Of a DNA stretch of 64,000 bases, positions 20,343 to 29,081 are shown piece by piece (the first letter of the stretch is position 1; each line of letters opens with the position of its first letter). The DNA is taken from assembly GCA_049521655.1 (NCBI GenBank), contig JBEKOO010000002.1, positions 84,502 through 148,501 on the forward strand, written 5' to 3'. The position numbers and the translations under genes are program-made. The stretch is from Candidatus Korobacteraceae bacterium (GTDB taxonomy: Bacteria; Acidobacteriota; Terriglobia; Terriglobales; Acidobacteriaceae). The notes under the pieces were generated by a model that saw nothing but the letters and a program-made list of their open reading frames with translations, was not told the origin of the DNA and made no database searches.

Positions 20343-21689
20343 ATGGATGCAGCAGGGCGTTATTGCGCGGATGCGGTGCTTGGAATTGACACCCTGTGGG
20401 GCGGCGATGTGATGTGCGCCTCAGGTACGGGACGCTTCATCGCCGACTCCTGGTTCAGCGATGATCCGCTGCCGCTGGCTTACACGGCTGCAGTGGCAAA
20501 GCGGGTGCGGGAGTCGGGAGGCGTAGGGGCAAAGCTGATTGACCGCAAGGCCATCGATGTTTACTTGAACGTGGTCGATCTTCAGGAGGCCATTGAAGGA
20601 CTGAAGGCCGAGGCGCTCAGGGTCGGAGCCCTGCGCGGCCGCTATCTGGCGGGTCTCGCCGTCTCCATCCAGGTCATGTTCGATCTGGCGCTGGAGATGC
20701 TTGGCCGTGGCCCGGCGGTGCCTTACGAGCGCTGCGTGCTGGCTTCGGCGGGGCGCGCGCCGGAGCCTTCACAGCCGCAGGCCAAGCGCGAGCGGGTTGC
20801 GGAGCTGCTGGCTCGCGCCGGGCACACCTCGCACGACGGCGCTTCGCTGCTGTTGGCGGTGGACGCGTGGCGCAGGGATCGGGTCACGCCGATGGCCAGC
20901 GTGCGCACCCTCAGTTCGGCGGTGATCGCCTACTTTGACCAGCTCAGCGCGAAGCATCTGTCGCCCTATCTTCCAAAAGAACTGGCCGGCGTTCCGCGCG
21001 CCAACATCGACTTCCTGGCGATCAAGGATGCGTGGTTTTCAGGCTCGATGAACTATGTGGGCCGCGCCCGTAACGCCGACGGCTCGCCGCACTACGAGGC
21101 GACCTATGAGATCAACGCCTCGCTGCAAATCTCCGTGCCGGAGTTCTATCAACTCATCAGCCACGAAGTTGTGCCCGGTCATGTGACTACCTTTGCCTAT
21201 CTGCAAAACCTTTATGTGCGCGGGCTGGCGGGCTTTGAGGCGACGGTGCTGACCATGAACACCAGGGCCGCCGCGCTCTTTGAAGGCATCGCCAACAACG
21301 CCATCCTCATCGCCCACGGCGCAACCGAGCTGGAGCAACTCCCCGACGAAGATATGCAGATCGGAGCGCTGCTGGCGCTGCTACAGGACGACGCGAAGAA
21401 TCAGTCCAGCTTTTTGACCTGGGGTGAAGGCCGTCCGCAGCCCGAGGTCGCCGGTGTGCTGCGCAATGACTTTCTGGTCAGCGAGGAGCGCGCCGACAAG
21501 CTGAGCGGCGCATGGGGAAGCCATCCGCTGCTGGGGCGCATGTACCTTCCTGCCTATCGTGCGGGCACGGAGAAGGTGGCGGAGTGGCGCAGGAAATATC
21601 CGGCGGAAAAAGTGCTGCCGGTCATCTACGGCTGCGCCGGCATTGTGGATGTGTGTACGGCGGAGGAAGTGCTTGAGGGCAGGATATAG
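20343..21689 (+). CDS. Hypothetical protein, DUF885-like (putative metallopeptidase-like fold)
   Basis: 448 aa, starting 6 nt after the OPT stop. LISHEVVPGHVTTF…ALFEGIANNA resembles the DUF885 HE..PGHH … EGWA motifs. The assignment is from memory only. Confidence 0.5.
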   Translation: MDAAGRYCADAVLGIDTLWGGDVMCASGTGRFIADSWFSDDPLPLAYTAAVAKRVRESGGVGAKLIDRKAIDVYLNVVDLQEAIEGLKAEALRVGALRGRYLAGLAVSIQVMFDLALEMLGRGPAVPYERCVLASAGRAPEPSQPQAKRERVAELLARAGHTSHDGASLLLAVDAWRRDRVTPMASVRTLSSAVIAYFDQLSAKHLSPYLPKELAGVPRANIDFLAIKDAWFSGSMNYVGRARNADGSPHYEATYEINASLQISVPEFYQLISHEVVPGHVTTFAYLQNLYVRGLAGFEATVLTMNTRAAALFEGIANNAILIAHGATELEQLPDEDMQIGALLALLQDDAKNQSSFLTWGEGRPQPEVAGVLRNDFLVSEERADKLSGAWGSHPLLGRMYLPAYRAGTEKVAEWRRKYPAEKVLPVIYGCAGIVDVCTAEEVLEGRI

Positions 21690-21725
21690 TTCGGGAAGCA
21701 GAGGAAAGCATCTAGGGGGAAGACA

Positions 21726-22868
21726 ATGCAATATCGCAATTTTGGAAAGCTTGATTGGAAGATTTCGGCCTTGGGATTTGGCGCCATGCGTCTGCCAACC
21801 ACCGACGGAGGGCGGCTCAGCCCCAACATTGTGGAAGACGAAGCGGTGCCGATGATTCGTCACGCCATCGATAACGGTGTGAACTACGTGGATACGGCCT
21901 ATCCCTATCACGGAGGGCGGAGCGAAATTGTCGTGGGCAATGCTCTGCTGGATGGCTACCGGGAAAAGGTGAAGCTCGCGACCAAGCTTCCGATGTGGAC
22001 GCTTGAGAGCGCGGCGGACTTTGACCGGCTGCTCGGCGAGCAACTGCAAAAGCTGCAAACCGATCATATCGATTGCTACCTCTTCCACGCGCTGAACCAG
22101 AGCCGCTGGCGCGACCTTGTCCTCAAGTTCAATCTGCTGGAGCGGGCCGAGGCGGCGCTCGCCGATGGACGCATCCGGCATCTCGGTTTCTCCTTCCACG
22201 ACGAGTACGAGAGCTTCGAGGAGATCGTCAAGGGAAGCGACCTGTGGAGTTTCTGCCAGATTCAGTACAACTACATGGACACAAAAAATCAGGCGGGAAC
22301 GCGCGGCTTGAAGCTGGCGGCAGACAAAGGACTGGCCGTGGTGGTGATGGAGCCGCTGCTGGGCGGCAGGCTGGTGGATCCGCCGAAGGACGTGCGCGAA
22401 ACCATGGAGCGCTCGCCGATCCGGCGCTCAGCCGCCGAGTGGGCGCTGCAGTGGCTGTGGGATCAGCCCGAGGTTTCCGTGGTGCTGAGCGGCATGACCA
22501 CGATGGCGCAGGTGGAAGAAAATCTCCTTTCTGCCGATCGCTCGCGCATCCACGGCTTCGGCGAGGCGGAGCAGGCGCTGATCGCGCGGGTGACGGAGCA
22601 GTACCGCGCGCGCACCGTGATTCCATGTAACCGCTGCAACTATTGCATGCCCTGTCCGAACGGCGTGGACATTCCCGGCAACTTCGACCAGTTCAACTAC
22701 GCGCATCTCTTCGACGACCTGGCGGGAGCGCGCTTCAAGTACCAAGCCTTTCTAAAAGAGGCGGAACGTTCGAGCGCCTGCATCGCCTGCGGCACCTGCG
22801 AAGAACTTTGTCCGCAGAAGATTGCGATCAGCGAGTGGATGCCCAAGGTGACGGCGTTGCTCGGGTAA
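21726..22868 (+). CDS. Aldo/keto reductase with a C-terminal 4Fe-4S ferredoxin-like domain
   Basis: 380 aa. AKR core (GFGAMRLP…, DTAYPYHGG) and C-terminal CNRCNYCMPCP … CIACGTCEELCP. Confidence 0.8.
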   Translation: MQYRNFGKLDWKISALGFGAMRLPTTDGGRLSPNIVEDEAVPMIRHAIDNGVNYVDTAYPYHGGRSEIVVGNALLDGYREKVKLATKLPMWTLESAADFDRLLGEQLQKLQTDHIDCYLFHALNQSRWRDLVLKFNLLERAEAALADGRIRHLGFSFHDEYESFEEIVKGSDLWSFCQIQYNYMDTKNQAGTRGLKLAADKGLAVVVMEPLLGGRLVDPPKDVRETMERSPIRRSAAEWALQWLWDQPEVSVVLSGMTTMAQVEENLLSADRSRIHGFGEAEQALIARVTEQYRARTVIPCNRCNYCMPCPNGVDIPGNFDQFNYAHLFDDLAGARFKYQAFLKEAERSSACIACGTCEELCPQKIAISEWMPKVTALLG

Positions 22869-22888
22869 TGCACGAACGGAAGCACGTC

Positions 22889-22937
22889 GCTGGTGTCCCA
22901 CATCTGCCGCCGTTGGCAGATGTGGGACACCAGCTTT
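22889..22937 (+). terminator. Very long perfect hairpin (20-bp stem), probable terminator
   Basis: GCTGGTGTCCCACATCTGCC (22889-22908), loop GCCGTT, GGCAGATGTGGGACACCAGC (22915-22934), then TTT. It starts 21 nt after the AKR stop. Confidence 0.6.
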
Positions 22938-23131
22938 AGCGATTGACCATCGAGTTACCGGACGCCAAAATTTAGTGGCGGGGAAGTCAATCCTTTCAAA
23001 TTCGAAAAAGGATTTACCATTCAGCCACTCCCACCCCAGAAACCATTATCAGATTAGTCAATCGTTAGCTGGCCGGCTGGCGGTCCACATTTGGCAACAG
23101 CTGGCTGCCAAAACGGCCGGAGCCCTGCGTT

Positions 23132-23878
23132 TTAGCCTCCCAGACACGCGATGATCGCCTCCACCACGCGCTTGGTCTCATGCGTGTCGCGAACGCAGAT
23201 GGAGGGCACGCCGATTTCTTTCGGCGGATAGTCATTGCCACCGGGGAAGATTGCGTCGCCAATAAAGATCATCTCTTCGATGGAGATGCCGAGGATGTCG
23301 CGGAGTTTGCGGATTCCGTAGGCTTTGTCGATGCCGGGCTTGGTCACGTCGATGGAAGTTGTGCCGCCCATGCGCACCGAAAACTCCGGGATATAGCCTT
23401 CGAGGATGGCCTTGATCTTGGTGCGCTTGGCGTAATCCGGATCCCACTTTTCCTTGGCTGCCAGCGGCGCCTGCTGGCCGAGGGCGGAGAATGTGATCTG
23501 GCTGCCGCGGTCCTCGATGATCTCTCCCCAGGTTTGCTCCGGCTTGAAGCCTGCAACTTCGAGAGCGCGATGCAGTGACGAGATGATCTTCTTTTTCTCG
23601 GCATCGGTGAAGTCTTCGGCGTAAAGTTTTTTCCACTCGCCGGTGAACTGGAAGAACTTGGTTCCGCAGGTGGGCAGAAGCAGAAGGTTTTCCATGCGCT
23701 GGCCTTGGGGAAGATTCGAGACCAGTTGCTTTTCAAATTGCGGCCAGTCGCCGCCGGAGATCACGGCGACCTTGGCGACTTGGAGAAGAGCGGCCAGCAG
23801 TGCGGACATCTCGGCATCCAGAGCGGATTTACTCTCGGCGAGCGTGCCATCCAGATCGAAGACGATGAGCTTCTTCAA
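23132..23878 (-). CDS. HAD-superfamily hydrolase (IIB / phosphomannomutase-like)
   Basis: 248 aa. MKKLIVFDLDGTL motif I and late GDAIFPGGNDYP motif IV. Confidence 0.75.
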   Translation of the reverse strand: MKKLIVFDLDGTLAESKSALDAEMSALLAALLQVAKVAVISGGDWPQFEKQLVSNLPQGQRMENLLLLPTCGTKFFQFTGEWKKLYAEDFTDAEKKKIISSLHRALEVAGFKPEQTWGEIIEDRGSQITFSALGQQAPLAAKEKWDPDYAKRTKIKAILEGYIPEFSVRMGGTTSIDVTKPGIDKAYGIRKLRDILGISIEEMIFIGDAIFPGGNDYPPKEIGVPSICVRDTHETKRVVEAIIACLGG

Positions 23879-23976
23879 AGTTTTTCCCCTTGCGTCTTTG
23901 ATCTTAAATCAAAGTTTCAGGTTTACCGCGGGATTCACTCGGCAGGCGAGAGCTTCTGCGGTACACTTTTTCGGCA

Positions 23977-24453
23977 ATGTCCATCGGAAAAATTCCCGAG
24001 CTGATTACGGCGCTCCTGGAGCGCATGACGCGGTTGTTCCGGCGCGAGCGTGGCGGCCCGGCACACCTGCGCACGGGGCGCAAGGGCGAGGAGATGGCCT
24101 ATTACTTTCTCCGCCGCCAAGGCTACACGATGATTGCACGCAACTGGCGCTGCCGGGGACAGAAGGGCGAAATCGACCTGATCGGCTGGGAGGGTAATAC
24201 GCTCTGCTTTATCGAGGTGAAAACGCGGAGCAGCCATGCAGTGAAGCCGGCCGAAGCTGCCGTTGATCATGCCAAGCAGGCTGAATTACGGCGGATGGCG
24301 TCCGAATTTTTGCGCGGGCGAAGGCCGCGGCCGCTCTCCCGTTTTGATGTGGTCAGCATCTATGTGATTCCGGGAATGGCGCCGCAAATTGATCTATTCA
24401 AGGAGGCGTTTTCTTGGCGTAGTATGAGTGGAAAGCGCCGCCCGTGGTTTTAA
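23977..24453 (+). CDS. YraN-family (UPF0102) endonuclease-like protein
   Basis: GEEMAYYFLRRQGYTMIARNWR…GEIDLIGWEGNTLCFIEVKTR is the YraN core. The N-terminus may be shorter than called. Confidence 0.75.
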   Translation: MSIGKIPELITALLERMTRLFRRERGGPAHLRTGRKGEEMAYYFLRRQGYTMIARNWRCRGQKGEIDLIGWEGNTLCFIEVKTRSSHAVKPAEAAVDHAKQAELRRMASEFLRGRRPRPLSRFDVVSIYVIPGMAPQIDLFKEAFSWRSMSGKRRPWF

Positions 24454-24466
24454 CGGCGCAAGGGGT

Positions 24467-25504
24467 ATGCATGTGCCTGAACTGAGAAAAGATCCAGTGG
24501 TTGGACGGTGGGTCATCATCTCCACGGACCGCGCCAAGCGGCCCAGCGATTTTCTCCATAATAAAGTGGTGCAGAAGGGCGGCTTCTGTCCCTTCTGCCC
24601 AGGAAACGAAGCGAAAACGCCTTCGGAGGTGCTAGCCTACCGTCCGAACTCAAACGGCAACGGGCAGAAGAACGGCCCAGGGTGGACGGTGCGGGTTGTG
24701 CCCAATAAGTTTCCAGCCCTTGGAATTGAAGGCACCCTTAATCGGCAGGCCGAGGGCATGTTCGACAAGATGAATGGCCTGGGCGCGCACGAGGTGATCG
24801 TCGAGACGCCGGACCATGCCTCTCATCTGGGACTGCTGCTGCCGAAACACATCGAGAGCGTGCTGTGGGCATGGCGCGACCGCATCGTCGATCTGAAGCA
24901 GGACCGCCGCTTCAAGTACATCATGATTTTCAAAAACCATGGCGAGGCAGCAGGAGCTACACTCGAGCATCCGCACGCGCAGTTGATTGCGCTGCCGATC
25001 GTGCCCAAGCACGTGATTGAGGAGTTGGACGGCGGCAGGCAGTACTTCACCGTCAAGGAGCGCTGCATCTTCTGCGACATCATGCGGCAGGAGATGGAAA
25101 ACCCGATGCGCGTGGTCATCGAGAATGATGATTTTCTTGTTTTTGCTCCATTCGCGCCGCGCTTCCCGTTTGAGACCTGGATTATGCCCAAGCGCCACGA
25201 ATCGGCCTTTGAGAATCTTTCGTTGCATCAGATGATCAACCTGGCGGCCGCGCTGAAGCAGTTGCTGATGAAGTGCGAGGTTGCGTTGGACAGTCCCGCC
25301 TACAACCTGGCTCTGCATACGGCGCCGTTGCAGGAGGCCGCGCTTGACTATTACCACTGGCACATCGAGTTCATACCCAAGCTGACCAACACAGCCGGCT
25401 TCGAGTGGGGTTCGGGCTTTTACATCAATCCAACGCCGCCAGAGGAGAGCGCGAAGTTTCTACGCGAGGCCGAGGTGCCGGCTGGATTCCAGTACATAAA
25501 GTAA
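24467..25504 (+). CDS. galT: Galactose-1-phosphate uridylyltransferase family (HIT superfamily)
   Basis: CPFCPGNE zinc motif and HPHAQLIALP (HxHxQ). Start moved to the ATG at 24467. Confidence 0.8.
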   Translation: MHVPELRKDPVVGRWVIISTDRAKRPSDFLHNKVVQKGGFCPFCPGNEAKTPSEVLAYRPNSNGNGQKNGPGWTVRVVPNKFPALGIEGTLNRQAEGMFDKMNGLGAHEVIVETPDHASHLGLLLPKHIESVLWAWRDRIVDLKQDRRFKYIMIFKNHGEAAGATLEHPHAQLIALPIVPKHVIEELDGGRQYFTVKERCIFCDIMRQEMENPMRVVIENDDFLVFAPFAPRFPFETWIMPKRHESAFENLSLHQMINLAAALKQLLMKCEVALDSPAYNLALHTAPLQEAALDYYHWHIEFIPKLTNTAGFEWGSGFYINPTPPEESAKFLREAEVPAGFQYIK

Positions 25505-25505
25505 G

Positions 25506-25538
25506 AAAAAGCCCCTATCGAAACCGATAGGGGCTTTT
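25506..25538. terminator. Bidirectional intrinsic terminator between the convergent galT-like and cfa genes
   Basis: AAAAA-GCCCCTATCG-AAAC-CGATAGGGGC-TTTT: a perfect 10-bp stem flanked by an A-run and a T-run. Confidence 0.7.
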
Positions 25539-25636
25539 CCGCCATTTGCCTTGATGGGTAAGTTCGTCTGGCACCAGGGCAAAACAGGAGCAGTCCCCTA
25601 AAACCGCACCCCATAGCTATGCCACAGTGAAGTTGG

Positions 25637-26923
25637 CTAGGAGTACCAGTCCTCACGGGTAAGCGGCAACTGGCAATCGCCATGATCAGGCTTGCTAAGA
25701 AGTACCTGGTACACGCTGATCCGCCCGGTCTTGAATCCATGAACCGAACCAGACATATATAGCCGCCATATCCGGTAAGCCACCTCGCCAGCTATTTTTC
25801 TTGCCTCGTCAGCTTTCTCTTCAAGTCTGTGGACCCAGTGACGCAGGGTAAGCGCGTAGTGTTCGCGAAGGCTCTCAACGTCCCGCACTTCGAAGCCGCA
25901 GGTTTCAGCTGCTCGCAATGTGCTGCTCACAGGAACCAATTCGCCATCAGGAAATACATATTTTTCTGTGAAGGATGGTCCCCTGCCTTGCACAGTCGCC
26001 GAAGACGCAATGCCATGATTAAGGAAGACTCCGCCGGGACGCAGAGCTTCCCAGGCACGCCGGAAATACTCTGGCAGTAATTTTTCTCCGACGTGCTCGA
26101 ACATCCCGACGCTGACGATCTTGTCGTACCGCTGCGATGGATCGAGGTCGCGATAGTCGCGCACCTCTACCTTGCAGCGATCCTCCAACCCTGCCAGATG
26201 GATGCGTTCACGCGCCAGTTTCGCCTGCGCAGTACTTAAGGTAATGCCGAACGCTTCCACGCCGTAGTTCTTGACAGCGTGCATCAGCAGGCCACCCCAT
26301 CCACAGCCGAGGTCGAGCATTCTCTCACCTGGCCGGAGTCTCAGCTTCTTGCAGATATAATCCAGCTTCCGTGCTTGTGCGGTGTCGAGGTCATCTTCCG
26401 CAGACTTGAAATATGCGCAGGAGTACACCATCGAACTGTCGAGCCAGAGCGCGTAGAAGTCATTGGAGATGTCGTAGTGATATGAAACTGCGTTCCGGTC
26501 GCGTTCCTTGGAGTGTACTTTCCCTTTGAGGTCCGCCCCTTGCGCACGACTGCTACGGTTGTCAGCGGTAGGAAGTGTCGCGATCATGCCGCCAAGCTTC
26601 AGCTTCTCGATGATCGAGTAATCTCGATCCAGCAGAAAGTCCGCGAAACCAAACGCAGCCTCGATATCGCCTTCGATGTCAAAGTCGTCGTAAATAAACG
26701 CCTCGCCCAATGTCAGTTCATTGGGAGACATAAGCATACTTCGCAGTGCGCCCGGATGTTTGAGGACGAGCGTAAAACGCGGCCCATGGATATCCCCCCA
26801 CAAAGTTCCGTCCCAAAATCTCACGGCAAAATCTTTTTGCCGATAGGTAGCAGTCAGGGCCTCCAAGAACTGGATACTGCTACGGCAGCTTCGATCGCTT
26901 ATGATTGCTGGTTGTGCGTTCAT
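25637..26923 (-). CDS. cfa: Cyclopropane-fatty-acyl-phospholipid synthase
   Basis: 428 aa. SAM motif LDLGCGWGGL, HYDISNDFY, FEHVG. Confidence 0.85.
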   Translation of the reverse strand: MNAQPAIISDRSCRSSIQFLEALTATYRQKDFAVRFWDGTLWGDIHGPRFTLVLKHPGALRSMLMSPNELTLGEAFIYDDFDIEGDIEAAFGFADFLLDRDYSIIEKLKLGGMIATLPTADNRSSRAQGADLKGKVHSKERDRNAVSYHYDISNDFYALWLDSSMVYSCAYFKSAEDDLDTAQARKLDYICKKLRLRPGERMLDLGCGWGGLLMHAVKNYGVEAFGITLSTAQAKLARERIHLAGLEDRCKVEVRDYRDLDPSQRYDKIVSVGMFEHVGEKLLPEYFRRAWEALRPGGVFLNHGIASSATVQGRGPSFTEKYVFPDGELVPVSSTLRAAETCGFEVRDVESLREHYALTLRHWVHRLEEKADEARKIAGEVAYRIWRLYMSGSVHGFKTGRISVYQVLLSKPDHGDCQLPLTREDWYS

Positions 26924-27382
26924 TTGTTTTTTCCTCGCTCAAATGGACTTGCGTTTCAATGACTGCCATTGAGCCCAGTCAGGCCATTCCTTCTTTTATG
27001 GACTTAGGTGGCAGTAAAACAGCTTACTCGATTTGGTCGCCAAGGATTAAAAGAAAATTCTTATAGGCTAGCTACGGATTTGTTATGGGTTTCACGCCAC
27101 AGCTCCCCAACCCGCCTAGGATGCATTAGAAACTCCAGAAGCTGTCTCCTGCCCACTTTCAATGAAACAGCTTCCAGAGCTTCTGCGGCCTTTCAATCGG
27201 ACCTCCGGATATCAACGATCAGCTCCCTTTGCGCGCGGGAGTCACATTGAAAATAAAGGAGATGCTTAATAGAAAATGGCTGTCGCAGGTGTCGTCGAGT
27301 CTCCCGTTTGCCGAGGCAAGACGGTCATTCGTCACATCCAGCATTGCCGCTCCGGTAGTACCCTGCCAGCAGGAGGATATTC

Positions 27383-27943
27383 ATGAGCAACGCCGCCGCC
27401 CCTGCACTCCAGAGCTTAACAAACCTGCAAGCCGCCTATGAAGGCGAGAGCAACGCCAGCATCCGGTATATTGCATTCTCAATCAAGGCCCAAGTTGAGG
27501 GCTTCGCTCGCGCCGCCGCGCTGTTTCGTGCCGCCGCCCGAGCTGAAGAGGTCCATGCCGCGCATCACGCCCGTGTTATTGCCAAACTGGGAGGTGCTGC
27601 CCACGCCACCTTTCACCCGCCCGAGGTGAGGAGTACCCGCGAAAACCTTGCAGCGGCCAAAGCAGGAGAAGAATACGAGCGCGATGTGATGTATCCGACG
27701 TTCATCAAGGAGGCCGAAGCCAGTGGCCACGAGGATGCGGTTCGCAGCTTCAGCATGGCCATGAAAGCCGAAGCCGTTCACGCGCAGCTCTACGGCGAGG
27801 CGCTGGCAAATCTGGAAGCGCAGCGCGCCCAGACAACCTTCTATGTCTGCCTGATTTGCGGTGAGGTCACTGACAACCCTGAGGAAACAGAGCACTGCCC
27901 AATATGCAACGCCCCGAAGGAAAAGTTCGACGCCATTCGCTGA
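27383..27943 (+). CDS. Rubrerythrin
   Basis: 186 aa. Ferritin-like four-helix region (EGESNASIRY…, EEYE) plus a C-terminal rubredoxin motif CLICG…CPICN. Confidence 0.85.
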   Translation: MSNAAAPALQSLTNLQAAYEGESNASIRYIAFSIKAQVEGFARAAALFRAAARAEEVHAAHHARVIAKLGGAAHATFHPPEVRSTRENLAAAKAGEEYERDVMYPTFIKEAEASGHEDAVRSFSMAMKAEAVHAQLYGEALANLEAQRAQTTFYVCLICGEVTDNPEETEHCPICNAPKEKFDAIR

Positions 27944-27973
27944 GCTTTCGGGATGACCGAATCCCCTAACGGA

Positions 27974-27998
27974 AAGGCCAGCTCCGCGCTGGCCTTTT
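27974..27998 (+). terminator. Intrinsic terminator after rubrerythrin
   Basis: GGCCAGC-TCCGC-GCTGGCC followed by TTTT. Confidence 0.6.
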
Positions 27999-28157
27999 GC
28001 ACGGGGCGGGGATGAACTCCGTCGCGCTCAGCACCTGGCAGGGAATCACTTGTGCTCTGCCTGGTCCAGTCGTAAACGGATCCCATCGGCTGAGTTAAAA
28101 TGAGCGTTGGAATCGAAGCAGGCAGCATAGTCCGCGCCGTCTGTCTGGAGCAACAAA

Positions 28158-28589
28158 ATGGCAATTGCCGACTTTCGATCCGTGCTGCGCTTCCGAGTGC
28201 CGTTCTGTGATGTGGACATGTTGCAGCATGTGAACCACGCCTCCTATGTGATATGGGCGGAAACCGTTCGCTCTAATTATTTCGAAGAGGTGCTCAAGGA
28301 AAAGCTAACCGGGGCAAGCGGCGTCATTCTGGCGCGATTGGAATTTGACTATGAACAGCCCCTCGACTATCGCGAGGATGTTGTGGTCGGGTGCCGGATT
28401 TCGCGGGTGGGGCGCAAATCCTTCGACTTCGCATATGAGATCTGGAGTGAGACTCATGGGAAACGCGCTGCACGCGGACTCTCGGTGATGGTCGCTTTCG
28501 ACTATCATGCCAAAGCGTCCATCGTGATCCCGGAACGATGGTGCAAGCTCATCGCCGCTTACGAGATAGTTGCACCGACCGTGGGGTAG
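28158..28589 (+). CDS. Acyl-CoA thioesterase, 4HBT/YbgC-like hot-dog fold
   Basis: 143 aa. …VPFCDVDMLQHVNHASY… is typical of the 4HBT family. Confidence 0.75.
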   Translation: MAIADFRSVLRFRVPFCDVDMLQHVNHASYVIWAETVRSNYFEEVLKEKLTGASGVILARLEFDYEQPLDYREDVVVGCRISRVGRKSFDFAYEIWSETHGKRAARGLSVMVAFDYHAKASIVIPERWCKLIAAYEIVAPTVG

Positions 28590-28620
28590 CAGAAGTCTAT
28601 TCTCGTGCATCAACTACTTT

Positions 28621-28643
28621 GGACAGGATACATCTGCCTTTTT
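28621..28643 (+). terminator. Intrinsic terminator candidate after the thioesterase gene
   Basis: GGACAG-GATACAT-CTGCC (one bulge) followed by TTTTT. Confidence 0.45.
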
Positions 28644-28746
28644 CGCATTGACGTTGGCGGATCTCAAAGCGCAACAGAGTCTTGGACGAAATCCATGAGC
28701 AGGCAGTCGGGAATCGCGTAATCACGGACAACAACCCGCCTTAATC

Positions 28747-28908
28747 AAAAAAGCGGCCCGGTTGAGGGTCGCTTTCTGAAAGAGGCAAGGGAGGGTGGGA
28801 TCGCTAGGCAGGAAAAGTTAGGCGCTGCTCCCCTGAACCAGAGCGGCTTTGAGAAGTCGGTACTTCATGAGAGGGAATTGCATCTTGAATGTCACGGCCT
28901 CTTTGTTA
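28747..28908 (-). ncRNA. Candidate sigma-54-dependent small RNA (about 160 nt)
   Basis: It lies between the sigma-54 promoter (28919-28934) and a hairpin plus U6 terminator (28753-28772 / 28747-28752). 5' AAAGAGGC (28904->28897) is perfectly complementary to GCCUCUUU (28786->28779). A C/U-rich stretch UCCCACCCUCCCUUGCCUCUUUC is present. The only ORFs are 21 and 16 codons and have no well-placed SD. Confidence 0.45.
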
Positions 28909-28918
28909 CTTTCTTTGA

Positions 28919-28934
28919 TGCACGTTCCGTGCCA
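28919..28934 (-). promoter_or_regulatory. Sigma-54 (-24/-12) promoter
   Basis: The minus strand reads TGGCACG-GAAC-GTGCA against the consensus TGGCACG-N4-TTGC(A/T). GG and GC are in the canonical register with one mismatch. It lies 148 bp downstream of the stop of a GAFTGA-containing activator. Confidence 0.6.
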
Positions 28935-29081
28935 AGCGGAGCAGAATTTCTAGGCGTAATCAAGAAAATGTCTAACTTATTCACCTTAGAGGAATTCGGC
29001 GAAGTCGAGAGTTTCTAATTCAGAACCGTCGAGCTGGAAACAGAGAAAAAAATCGTCGCTAGTGGAATTCATCTACTACTA

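Noticed and set aside
27229-27441. 70-aa ORF overlapping the rubrerythrin start.
   Set aside because: It runs into the rubrerythrin coding region out of frame. The AAGGAG abuts its ATG with no spacer, and the product is not protein-like.
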